Shown: one piece after another, positions 1 to 8,082 of the stretch
Layout of the letters: every line of letters begins with the position of its first letter
Numbering within the stretch: position 1 is the first letter of the stretch
Source: a virus
Reading direction: 5' to 3' (one strand)
IMG/VR virus record: IMGVR_UViG_3300025276_000024
Coordinates: 1 to 64,000 of that record
Length of the DNA stretch: 64,000 nucleotides
Notes under the pieces: generated by a model
The model's input: the letters and a program-made list of their open reading frames with translations, nothing else
The model's database searches: none
What the model was told of the DNA's origin: nothing
Made by a program: the position numbers and the translations under genes

Positions 1-551
1 GCTTTAATTAGTGGTAGACACTAGAGTGATCAATCCCTAGTGTCATTGTAGTCATAAGATATACCGCCAAGTGTTACTACTTAAACCAAACCTTGACACG
101 GTGTAATAAATGAGTTTAGATTACTGTAAGTTCTCTCTTACGCCAACAGCTTATTGGATAGACTCAACCATATTTAGAGTGGTATTTAATCCGTTGCCAC
201 TATTTATTAAGATTACGGGTAATATGTCTATTATCCTATAGAGGAAGAGACAAAGACTACCCTTGTTGTATTGTTGTGTGTATTTGTTACTCTTGTAGTA
301 ACGTTAGCTATATTTATATTATTAGTAACACTCATAGTTACAAGAGTGGTAAAAGGTGGTATTTTGTGGGTATATGACCTCCCACTCAGTGTGACACACC
401 TAAATAAAATAAAATAACCACAATAATTATAGTTATTAGTAACATTCCTGACTATATGTAACAATAGTTAGAAGTTATTAGTTTGTTTAAGTAACATATT
501 CCACAATGGCTCTCATTGTTTAGGAATATGCTACATTAAACCTGCTAAACA

Positions 552-582
552 TAGTTAGGGAGCAGACGTGCTGAAAAGCACG
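552..582 (-). promoter_or_regulatory. Hairpin-motif repeat, copy 1 (candidate virion RNAP promoter)
   Basis: Plus strand TAGTTAGGGAGCAGA (552-566) + CGTGCT-GAAA-AGCACG; same architecture at 1138 and 1397. The repeat is seen directly; function is inferred. Confidence 0.6.
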
Positions 583-599
583 CCTACAGCCAGACTAGA

Positions 600-1061
600 T
601 TATGCAGTTACAGTCTCCTCCTTGAAGGCCTGCAAGCTCTCTACTGCTTCACCAGTTGAGTTTGCCTCACGAATCTGAGCACCATTTGTGTGTTTCACAA
701 AGGTAGATTGCTCATTGAGGTCATAAACAAGCTCAGTAGTTCTATATATTGCATCATCTCCTGCCATACATACTACGCCTGTGTTACCAGCATACTTAAG
801 ACCATAGGTCAAGTCAGCCTCATTAAGAGGTAGAATTGATTCTTTGACCACAATCTTACCAACAATAGGCTTTGTTAAGTCCATAGAGTTAAGAAGGTCC
901 ATTGGGCCCATTACTAATGCTGACAGAGTCTTATCTGCAAACCAGCCATTCTTGAGCTCAGTTGCCTTTTGCTCAAAGATGATGTATCCTATCTCAGGAT
1001 TCTTGGTCTTGTTGATTGATACTCCTTTGTCATTTACACGTACTGTTACTAAGTTATTCAT
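600..1061 (-). CDS. Conserved Bacteroidota-phage early protein, possibly ssDNA-binding
   Basis: 153 aa ATG..TAA ORF with A-rich leader. Motifs NPEIGYI, SALVMG, GKIVVKES, KYAGNTG..C...IYR resemble a family I recall from crAss-like phages; acidic C-tail. SSB role is inference. Confidence 0.7.
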   Translation of the reverse strand: MNNLVTVRVNDKGVSINKTKNPEIGYIIFEQKATELKNGWFADKTLSALVMGPMDLLNSMDLTKPIVGKIVVKESILPLNEADLTYGLKYAGNTGVVCMAGDDAIYRTTELVYDLNEQSTFVKHTNGAQIREANSTGEAVESLQAFKEETVTA

Positions 1062-1137
1062 AATAAAATTAATTTTGATTAAGACTGTGGTAATACAATC
1101 TCTGAAAGTTTATAAGCACAATTACCTGTGCATTTAA

Positions 1138-1169
1138 TAATTAGGGAGCAGATGCATTGAAAAATGCAT
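1138..1169 (-). promoter_or_regulatory. Hairpin-motif repeat, copy 2
   Basis: TAATTAGGGAGCAGA (1138-1152) + TGCATT-GAAA-AATGCA; 76 nt upstream of the 600..1061 start. Confidence 0.6.
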
Positions 1170-1396
1170 TATGTGTAGCATGCTGTGTTAGTATATATAC
1201 TAGTAATGAACACAAAACAAATCAATGATGTGTTGATATTTAGTAGTTACCTACGTTGACACAGTAGCACTACACTACTCCACACTGATAGATATGCATA
1301 GCCTATCTTTCTTTTTTTTAGATAGACACATTGCATTATCCTACAGTCACAGCCGTGTCCTCACAAAACATGAGGGGGTACCACCGCTGCAAAAAA

Positions 1397-1428
1397 TAAT
1401 TGGGGAGCAGATCATTAGAACCTATTGA
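1397..1428 (-). promoter_or_regulatory. Hairpin-motif repeat, copy 3
   Basis: TAATTGGGGAGCAGA (1397-1411) + TCATTA-GAACC-TATTGA (one T.T mismatch); GAA at the same offset as copies 1-2. Confidence 0.5.
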
Positions 1429-1571
1429 GCACGCAAAACACATAACTTTTGGGAGGGGCAGACTAAAAATTTATATCAGGTGGGGGGCATGTTGTGATAA
1501 AAAAATTTTCATAGGATTTAGAAATTTAGTATATTGTCTTTATAGAAGAGTTACTAACTTAATATTATAAC

Positions 1572-1889
1572 ATGGCTGAATGGGATGACAATAACGAAGC
1601 AGAAGGTTTATCTGAGGTACAACAAATGCAGTTAGATGAAATTTTACTTGACACAGCATATAACAATGCGTGGATGTTATTGTCCGGTGAACTTACATTT
1701 GATGAATTAATGATGACACAGTTTAAAACTGGAAAAGAATTAATAATGGCTTTTGATCCTGACAATGGTCCAAAGGAGGCCGAATTTCAGAACATGATAG
1801 ATTATTATGTTGAACATGAAGAATATGAAAAGTGTGCTAGATTAAGAGACTTAATGGTAGTGGCTTTTCCAAATATATATGAAGCATAA
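1572..1889 (+). CDS. Acidic protein with C-terminal UVR (UvrB/C-type) coiled-coil motif
   Basis: EHEEYEKCARLRD matches the UVR-domain pattern; first gene of the plus-strand block. Confidence 0.7.
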   Translation: MAEWDDNNEAEGLSEVQQMQLDEILLDTAYNNAWMLLSGELTFDELMMTQFKTGKELIMAFDPDNGPKEAEFQNMIDYYVEHEEYEKCARLRDLMVVAFPNIYEA

Positions 1890-1894
1890 ATATT

Positions 1895-2089
1895 ATGGCA
1901 GCTAAAAAGAAAAAGAGTACAGTAAATAGCAGTGGGAATTATACTAAACCCGGAATGCGTAAAAGGTTATTTAACTCAATAAAGGCTGGTAGTAAAGGTG
2001 GAGGCGCTGGACAATGGTCAGCTCGTAAAGCTCAAATGCTAGCTAAGAAATACAAAGCAAACGGAGGCGGATATAAAACTAAAAAATAA
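1895..2089 (+). CDS. Small basic protein, DUF5872-like N-terminal half
   Basis: NYTKP..IKAGSKGG..GQWSARKAQMLAKKYK..GGGY signature; Lys-rich. Confidence 0.8.
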   Translation: MAAKKKKSTVNSSGNYTKPGMRKRLFNSIKAGSKGGGAGQWSARKAQMLAKKYKANGGGYKTKK

Positions 2090-2093
2090 AATT

Positions 2094-2261
2094 ATGAAAG
2101 GCGTAAAACATTATTTAAAAAACGGAACTGAATGGAAAGGTGCTAGTCACAAAATGTCTAATGGTAAAATGCATACTGGTAAGACACATACTAAAACTAG
2201 CAAGCCCTTAGTTCACATGAAAGACTTATCTAAAACAGCTAAGGCTAAAGCTAAGAAGTAA
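2094..2261 (+). CDS. 55-aa His/Lys-rich protein (not in ORF track)
   Basis: MKGVKHYLKNGTEWKGASHKMSNGKMHTGKTHTKTSKPLVHMKDLSKTAKAKAKK; attATG start, TAATG coupling to next ORF. Confidence 0.8.
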   Translation: MKGVKHYLKNGTEWKGASHKMSNGKMHTGKTHTKTSKPLVHMKDLSKTAKAKAKK

Positions 2262-2377
2262 TGGCACTTAAAAAGCGTAAAAAGAAAACACCTTGCTGGT
2301 CAGGCTACACTAAAAAGGGCATGAAGAAAAAGGGAAATAAAATGGTAAACAATTGTGTACCTAAAAAGAGAAAGTAA
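2261..2377 (+). CDS. 38-aa basic peptide with PCWxGY..GMKKK..NCVP motif (not in ORF track)
   Basis: MALKKRKKKTPCWSGYTKKGMKKKGNKMVNNCVPKKRK; TAATG overlaps at both ends. Confidence 0.8.
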   Translation: MALKKRKKKTPCWSGYTKKGMKKKGNKMVNNCVPKKRK

Positions 2378-2619
2378 TGGCTAAGACTAAACAGCAAAAA
2401 AGTCTAACTAGGTGGACTAAACAAAAATGGACAACTGCATCAGGCAAAAAAAGTTCTGAGACAGGTGAAGTTTATGCTCCTAAGAAAACTATTGCTAAGT
2501 TAAAGAGTACTAAAAAAGGTAAAGCTAAACTAGCTGCAGCAAATAAAAAGAAAAGAGCAGCAACAAAGAAAGGTAAACAACATGCTAAGCATGGGCTACA
2601 TAAAGGAAAAAAACGTTAA
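2377..2619 (+). CDS. Small basic protein, DUF5872-like C-terminal half
   Basis: QKSLTRWTKQKWTT..GKKSSETGE.YAPK..AANKKKRAATKKGKQ; extremely Lys-rich. Confidence 0.75.
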   Translation: MAKTKQQKSLTRWTKQKWTTASGKKSSETGEVYAPKKTIAKLKSTKKGKAKLAAANKKKRAATKKGKQHAKHGLHKGKKR

Positions 2620-2634
2620 TTTAAAAATAAAAAA

Positions 2635-3279
2635 ATGAGTACAATATTACAAGACATGATGGGCATGTTAAAAAGAAGTGGTACAGTTATTCCTAAAGCG
2701 GATAACTATATTACAGTTGCTAGGTTTCCAAACCCACAAGAAAGATTGAAGCCGGCACCTAAGTTACAAACAGAATTAGTTACACTATCTTCGTTAAAGA
2801 CATTCTTTAATGCAGGATCTTCAGATGAGTATGTTAATGCAGCAAATTTTGATGGAGCCACAGATATATTAACTCTAACTAGAGTAGGAGGAACTGCTAT
2901 TACAGTAGACATGGACCGTAAGGACACTAAAGAATTTGTAAACTTTATTGCACTTACTGTTAATGGTGGATCTAATACAGTAATAAATACTAGCTCAAAA
3001 GGTCAATTATTTGTTGTTAGAAGAATAGGGTCAGATGGAACAGGAACACTTCAGTTACCTCCGGCAGCTGGAACAGAGAATTGGAGATACAGAAAAATAA
3101 CTATTTTAACTGATGGTACTACTACAGCATCAAAAACAGTTACACTTGATCCACAAGGAGTAGAAAGAATTAATGGTGCAGCTAGTTTTGTATTAGATAA
3201 AACATATGCATCAGTAACAATTTGGTCTGATGGTGCTAATTGGTTTATACTTTCATCATCTCAAGTAGCTGACTTATAA
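2635..3279 (+). CDS. Putative head/tail fibre-like structural protein
   Basis: Shares the 'F....ILTLTR.G...TVD' module with the fibres at 23970 and 27395; C-terminal LQLPPAA..INGAAS..SVTIWSDGANW fibre-type module. Confidence 0.6.
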   Translation: MSTILQDMMGMLKRSGTVIPKADNYITVARFPNPQERLKPAPKLQTELVTLSSLKTFFNAGSSDEYVNAANFDGATDILTLTRVGGTAITVDMDRKDTKEFVNFIALTVNGGSNTVINTSSKGQLFVVRRIGSDGTGTLQLPPAAGTENWRYRKITILTDGTTTASKTVTLDPQGVERINGAASFVLDKTYASVTIWSDGANWFILSSSQVADL

Positions 3280-3569
3280 TGGCACAGAAAAAAGATGGTA
3301 GATTAGCAAGGGCTGGAGTTTCTGGATTTAATAAACCTAAGAGAACTCCGTCCCACCCTAAAAAATCACACGTAGTTGTTGCTAAGGTGGGTGACAAAGT
3401 AAAGACTATTAGATTTGGTGAGCAAGGTGCTAGTACAGCTGGTAAACCTAAATCAGGTGAGTCAGCTAAAATGAAAGCTAAAAGAAAATCCTTTAAAGCT
3501 AGACATGGAAAAAATATTAAGAAAGGTAAGATGTCTGCAGCTTATTGGGCAGATAAAGTAAAATGGTAG
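3279..3569 (+). CDS. Small basic phage protein (KPKRTPSHP..IRFG..SFKARH..AYWA family)
   Basis: Recognisable marine-phage family pattern; TAATG-coupled. Confidence 0.75.
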   Translation: MAQKKDGRLARAGVSGFNKPKRTPSHPKKSHVVVAKVGDKVKTIRFGEQGASTAGKPKSGESAKMKAKRKSFKARHGKNIKKGKMSAAYWADKVKW

Positions 3570-3572
3570 ATT

Positions 3573-3821
3573 ATGACGGTAGCACAATTAAAAGAATTAG
3601 GGTTTACTAAACTTGGGCATGATGAAGATAATGACTTTCCAGAAAATTATTATTATTATACAATTGAGTTTGGTGATCTAATATTTCATTCATGTGGCAA
3701 TGATGAGGCAGAAGAAGAAGGTGGATGGTTTATAATAGATCCAGGATACTCAATTAAAATATGGCACTTTTCGGATGCCAAGATTTTAATAGACTTACTT
3801 AGGCGTAATCAAACATCTTAA
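3573..3821 (+). CDS. Hypothetical protein
   Basis: 82 aa, attATG start, acidic/aromatic. Confidence 0.7.
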   Translation: MTVAQLKELGFTKLGHDEDNDFPENYYYYTIEFGDLIFHSCGNDEAEEEGGWFIIDPGYSIKIWHFSDAKILIDLLRRNQTS

Positions 3822-3860
3822 AATAAATCATTAAACTTTTTTTATTTAAACTATTTTTAT

Positions 3861-3868
3861 TACTTTTG
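3861..3868 (+). promoter_or_regulatory. Bacteroidota sigma-A -7 element (TAnnTTTG)
   Basis: TACTTTTG in an intergenic gap 26 nt before ATG 3895. Confidence 0.55.
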
Positions 3869-3894
3869 TTTTTATTAACACTAAAAACATTATA

Positions 3895-4212
3895 ATGTCA
3901 AATTCAAAAACCAATCCGGAACTTCAAAACAAAGATCCTCAAAAAGAGATGTCTAAAAAAGAGATGTCTGAACGTAGAGAAGAAATAACTACATTCTACA
4001 AAGACAACATTCCTCATTTAGAAGTACAAGCTGATTATGAAACATTATTAGCTGCTATTGAAAAAGCTAGAGCAGAACGTATGCAAGCACAAATGTATAT
4101 GGCTCAACAATATGCTGCACAAAAAGGTGAAGGTGTCCCAGACCCAAATTCAAAAGAAGGGAAAGATTTTCAAGAAGCAATGTCAAAAGCCATGTCTAAT
4201 GAAACAAGTTAA
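3895..4212 (+). CDS. Hypothetical coiled-coil protein
   Basis: 105 aa, helical heptad character (LEVQADYETLLAAIEKARAER). Confidence 0.75.
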   Translation: MSNSKTNPELQNKDPQKEMSKKEMSERREEITTFYKDNIPHLEVQADYETLLAAIEKARAERMQAQMYMAQQYAAQKGEGVPDPNSKEGKDFQEAMSKAMSNETS

Positions 4213-5119
4213 ATTAGGTAGCAGAGGATCTGACGTAAAAACATTACAAAAAGCATTAGGTATTAGTGTAGATGGGGCTTTTGGTCCTATGACAGAAAAA
4301 GCTGTAGAAAAATTTCAGTTAGATAAAAATTTAATGATAACTGGAGTTGTTGATGCAAACATGTGGGTATTAGTACTGAACATGAAGTATGATGGTGACA
4401 CATCAATTGATGAAGACACTGATTCTGTATCTCAATATTTTACAACAAGCTATGATCAGATTATACATAAACATTATTTACCAAAGGATGAATATCTAAA
4501 AGGTCCAATCAAAAATGATTATATTATGTTACATCATACAGCAGGTAATGCTAATCCTTACAGATGTATAGATCATTGGGGAAGAGATACACGTGGACGT
4601 ATTGCAACTGAGTTTGTATTAGGTGGACAAAATCATAGAAATGGTGATGATGAATTTGATGGTGTAATGGTACAAGCATTTCCTACAGGTGCACAAGGAT
4701 GGCATTTAGGAAGAACTGGTTCTGGTTTTATGAACAGACATTCTGTTGGTCTAGAAATATGTAGTATGGGATATTTAGATGATGACTACAAAACATATGT
4801 TGGATCAAAATGCCACCCAGATCAAGTACGTGAGTTACCTGAACATTTTAAAGGTAAGCTATATTGGCACAAATATTCAGAAGCACAAATTAAGGAAACT
4901 GAAAAGTGGATCAGATTTGTTGGTGAAAGAGATGAAGTAGATATTAGATTAGGTCTTAAACAATATATAAAGAAATATGGTCCTTCAAAAGGATTTGAAT
5001 TTCAAGAAGACGCATTCTATGGTAGAGTAAAAGGTTTATTAACACATACCAATGTAAGAAAGTCTAAATGGGATTGTTATCCTGATCCAGACTTTGTTGA
5101 TATGATAATGAGTTTATAA
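4199..5119 (+). CDS. Endolysin: peptidoglycan-binding domain + N-acetylmuramoyl-L-alanine amidase (Amidase_2)
   Basis: Likely start ATG 4199 (MKQVKLGSRGSDVKTLQKAL..DGAFGPMTEKAVEKFQ = PG-binding 1), not TTG 4058; Zn ligands LHHTAG, GWHLG, SVGLEI, LLTH..KWDC. Confidence 0.9.
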   Translation: MKQVKLGSRGSDVKTLQKALGISVDGAFGPMTEKAVEKFQLDKNLMITGVVDANMWVLVLNMKYDGDTSIDEDTDSVSQYFTTSYDQIIHKHYLPKDEYLKGPIKNDYIMLHHTAGNANPYRCIDHWGRDTRGRIATEFVLGGQNHRNGDDEFDGVMVQAFPTGAQGWHLGRTGSGFMNRHSVGLEICSMGYLDDDYKTYVGSKCHPDQVRELPEHFKGKLYWHKYSEAQIKETEKWIRFVGERDEVDIRLGLKQYIKKYGPSKGFEFQEDAFYGRVKGLLTHTNVRKSKWDCYPDPDFVDMIMSL

Positions 5120-5121
5120 TT

Positions 5122-5493
5122 ATGGCTATAGTAAGTAAAGTAGAATTAAAACATCAAGTAGATTTAAATAAATCAATTAAGTATCAAATAGTTACTTATT
5201 GTTTTTTTAATGATACACTAATAAGTAATTCAGATTTAAAATTTTTGACAGAGCTATCTAAAATGCAAGGAATTGAATTGACTAAATTCTGTGAAAGTGC
5301 AGTAGCTAAAGGTATATTTAAAAGTTCTCAATCAGCAAGAAATGCAATAACAAAAGCTGAAAAAAAGAACTTACTTGTTAAGAAAGGACATAACAAAAAG
5401 ACTATATCATTAAATCCAGATATTAACGTTCAGTCAGAGGGGTTAGTATTACTGGATTATAAAATATTGGGACGTGAAACCAAAGAGTCATAA
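5122..5493 (+). CDS. Putative winged-helix DNA-binding protein
   Basis: FKSSQSARNAITKAEKKNLLVK..ISLNPDI wHTH-like pattern. Confidence 0.55.
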   Translation: MAIVSKVELKHQVDLNKSIKYQIVTYCFFNDTLISNSDLKFLTELSKMQGIELTKFCESAVAKGIFKSSQSARNAITKAEKKNLLVKKGHNKKTISLNPDINVQSEGLVLLDYKILGRETKES

Positions 5494-5842
5494 AGATTTT
5501 AAAAAAGGAATTGCTGATGAGGTAGGTGTACATCCTACTGTAGTAGATGATTTTATTTCTTTTTATTATAAGAAAGTAAGAGAAAATCTTTCTAACCTTT
5601 CATTTCCTAGAATAAATGTAGAGGGAATAGGAACGTTTTATTTAAGAAAAAATAAGTTAGACAAGGCTATACTAAAGAATAAAAGTTTATTAGGTAATAT
5701 AGCAAAGAGAACTTATAATGGTTTTGCAAAGAGTGAAGATATCCATATTAATATTGTACAAATGGAAAAGGCTATGTTTCAATTAGAAGAAGATATACGT
5801 AATAAAAAAAAATTTAAAAATGTCAAAAACAAAGTGGTCTAA
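5474..5842 (+). CDS. HU/IHF-like DNA-binding protein
   Basis: GTG start; IADEVGV..VVDDFI..RINVEGIGTF matches the HU/IHF beta-arm motif. Confidence 0.65.
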   Translation: MKPKSHKDFKKGIADEVGVHPTVVDDFISFYYKKVRENLSNLSFPRINVEGIGTFYLRKNKLDKAILKNKSLLGNIAKRTYNGFAKSEDIHINIVQMEKAMFQLEEDIRNKKKFKNVKNKVV

Positions 5843-6158
5843 ATATTTAGATATATTTAAAAATGCTGATAAAATAGCTGATGGCATTAAAAATAATATA
5901 TTTAAAAAAGAACATGTTGAAGCTGTTGCTACTGATAGATTTCAGATATGTATAAAATGTGGATTATTTGATGCTAAAGGAACGGATTGTTTAGCACCAG
6001 GTACTCAACCATGCTGTAGTGAGTGTGGCTGTTCTTTAGCATTTAAAGTAAGATCACTATCATCTGAGTGTCCAAAGGGTTATTGGGACTCTTATACAAA
6101 TGAAGAAGAAGAAGAAATAATAAATAAACAAATAGAATCAAATGGGAATATTAATTAA
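5820..6158 (+). CDS. Cys-rich zinc-binding protein
   Basis: R.QICIKC..C..CCSECGC.L..KVR....ECPKGYW. Confidence 0.75.
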   Translation: MSKTKWSKYLDIFKNADKIADGIKNNIFKKEHVEAVATDRFQICIKCGLFDAKGTDCLAPGTQPCCSECGCSLAFKVRSLSSECPKGYWDSYTNEEEEEIINKQIESNGNIN

Positions 6159-6234
6159 TTACGTATACAATAATCAAACTACTACAATAAAAACTGGTGA
6201 TCAAACTGGTTATTGGTATACATCAATAGCATAA
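6142..6234 (+). CDS. 30-aa hypothetical peptide (not in ORF track)
   Basis: MGILINYVYNNQTTTIKTGDQTGYWYTSIA fills the gap between two genes. Confidence 0.45.
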   Translation: MGILINYVYNNQTTTIKTGDQTGYWYTSIA

Positions 6235-6236
6235 CT

Positions 6237-7049
6237 ATGGGACTAAAATTTATAGAAGAAGGTCATGTGTATGAAAGTACAGATGAAAAGAAAATAAACT
6301 GGCTTAGTGTAACATCATTTATAGCAAAGTTTAAACCTAAGTTTGACAGAGACGGGCAAGCTAAAAAATCATCTAAGAATAAAAGATCTAAGTGGTATAA
6401 TATGACCCCTAAAGAAATTATAGCAGCATGGGATGGTGAGACAGAAAGAGCTATTAAATTAGGAAACTTTTATCATAATCAAAGAGAAGCAGATATGATG
6501 GAGTTAAATACAATAGGCCGTCATGGTGTTGAAGTACCAATTATAAAACCCATTATAGATGAAGATGGTATTAAATTTGCTCCTAAACAGAAACTGGTAG
6601 ATGGTGTATACCCTGAACACTTAGTGTATTTAAAATCAGTGGGGTTATGTGGTCAAGCAGATGTTGTTGAGATAGTAAATGGATACATAAATATTAATGA
6701 TTATAAAACAAATAAAGAAATAAAAGAAAAAGGATTTACAAATTGGGAAGGTATAACTAACAAAATGTACAAGCCTGTTAATCATTTGGATGATTGTAAT
6801 ATTAATCATTATAATCTACAGCTCAGTATTTATGCGTATATTATTAAGAAGCACAACCCTAAACTTAAAGTAGGTAAATTAACAATACAACATGTAAAGT
6901 TTAAACAAGTAGGGGAAGATACTAATGGATATCCAATAAATGAACACGTCAATGGAGAACCAGTTCTAGAAGAAGTAAAGATATATGAATTACCATATTT
7001 AAAGGATGAGGTAAACTCAATTATAATGTGGTTAAAAGATAACAAATAA
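6237..7049 (+). CDS. PD-(D/E)XK exonuclease (Cas4/RecB-like)
   Basis: Likely start ATG 6237; H.Y..SVT, G.FYH, E..V..GLCGQADVV..INDYKTN, HYNLQLSIY. Confidence 0.9.
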   Translation: MGLKFIEEGHVYESTDEKKINWLSVTSFIAKFKPKFDRDGQAKKSSKNKRSKWYNMTPKEIIAAWDGETERAIKLGNFYHNQREADMMELNTIGRHGVEVPIIKPIIDEDGIKFAPKQKLVDGVYPEHLVYLKSVGLCGQADVVEIVNGYININDYKTNKEIKEKGFTNWEGITNKMYKPVNHLDDCNINHYNLQLSIYAYIIKKHNPKLKVGKLTIQHVKFKQVGEDTNGYPINEHVNGEPVLEEVKIYELPYLKDEVNSIIMWLKDNK

Positions 7050-7060
7050 AATAAAAGATT

Positions 7061-7399
7061 ATGGCAGTAAATAGAATTCCCTTATACAAAAACAATTACA
7101 TTACATTAACACAGGTACAACCAAATCAAGTACAAGAAACTGATGCTAATGGCACACCATATTTTAAAACACTTTATGAATCAAAGACAGATATCTTTTT
7201 AAATAAAAGTGATATTATATCTGTTGCTAAACTATGGGATGCTAACTCTGCTACATTTATAAATGGACGTAGAATGATTTATATAAAAAACATGCCTATA
7301 CCAGTAATTGTATCAAATTCTTATAATGAAATTAAAGCATTAATGAATAGTGTAGATGAAAATGATCTATATGATTCAGGATGTTCTTGTTCATCTTAA
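7061..7399 (+). CDS. Hypothetical protein
   Basis: 112 aa, attATG start. Confidence 0.7.
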   Translation: MAVNRIPLYKNNYITLTQVQPNQVQETDANGTPYFKTLYESKTDIFLNKSDIISVAKLWDANSATFINGRRMIYIKNMPIPVIVSNSYNEIKALMNSVDENDLYDSGCSCSS

Positions 7400-7410
7400 A
7401 TATATAAAAT

Positions 7411-7929
7411 ATGGTAATAAGATTATTTGATATACAAAACAGTAAAGTGGTGGTAACAGAACATTGTTATTCATTACCATTTTTAAAAAAAATAATGGAT
7501 GAATATCCTGAGACACATATGCAAGTATATCAGTATTTATTTTATATGTCTTGTCCTAATCCTGATTTAAATCCTTTCTTTAATCTTCCAGAACATGAGA
7601 AAGAAGATATAATTATAGAAGAAATAGGATTAGAGGAATCACCAGAAGACGGTAAAATCAGATATGCAATGGATATGTGTAAACAAATGTATGAAACGCC
7701 TACATATAGGGCTTACGTGGGTATTAAAGCTATGTTAGATAGATTAGCAAGGTATATGGAGGTTACCCCTATAGAGCATGGTAGAGATGGTAATATGAAC
7801 TCTATGATAAATGCTGCTGCTAAATTTGAGCAAATAAGACAGTCATATAAAGGTGCATTTACAGATATGCAACAAGAACAAGAAAGCTCAGTACGTGGTG
7901 GTGCTGGATTATCTTATGATCAACTCTAA
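7411..7929 (+). CDS. Conserved pre-terminase protein, candidate terminase small subunit
   Basis: 172 aa helical protein ending VRGG..YDQL, shortly upstream of terL; role inferred from position. Confidence 0.5.
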   Translation: MVIRLFDIQNSKVVVTEHCYSLPFLKKIMDEYPETHMQVYQYLFYMSCPNPDLNPFFNLPEHEKEDIIIEEIGLEESPEDGKIRYAMDMCKQMYETPTYRAYVGIKAMLDRLARYMEVTPIEHGRDGNMNSMINAAAKFEQIRQSYKGAFTDMQQEQESSVRGGAGLSYDQL

Positions 7930-8082
7930 ATGAGTAGTAAAAAATCCTCATGGCATTTTTGCTACTGGGATGAACCAACTTTTAATAATGATAAACCAAA
8001 AACAAAAGAAAATGGCACAAAAAGTAATACCAGTAGGAAAGAAACTTCTAATAAAACCAAAAAAACAAGAAGAATTAAGTAA
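7930..8082 (+). CDS. Possible 50-aa peptide (not in ORF track)
   Basis: MSSKKSSWHFCYWDEPTF... starts right after the previous TAA but overlaps groES by 71 nt. Confidence 0.3.
   Translation: MSSKKSSWHFCYWDEPTFNNDKPKTKENGTKSNTSRKETSNKTKKTRRIK

Noticed and set aside
231-464. 77-aa minus-strand ORF
   Set aside because: Non-ATG start, low-complexity product, overlaps several hairpins; not supported as a gene.
844-1137. Plus-strand 97-aa ORF and the many antisense ORFs in the track (e.g. 22598..23020, 45616..46155)
   Set aside because: Shadow frames of well-supported genes on the opposite strand.
552-1428. CRISPR-like array interpretation of the three repeats
   Set aside because: Spacing of 586 and 259 nt with a gene in between; the PD-(D/E)XK gene alone is not a cas operon.
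1449-1465. Fourth element copy (GGGGCAGA)
   Set aside because: Only partial match and no hairpin.
4058-4198. N-terminal extension of the amidase and a lambda-like GGGAAAG slippery site near 4159
   Set aside because: The heptamer is in the wrong frame to fuse 3895 to the amidase; the PG-binding domain starts cleanly at ATG 4199.
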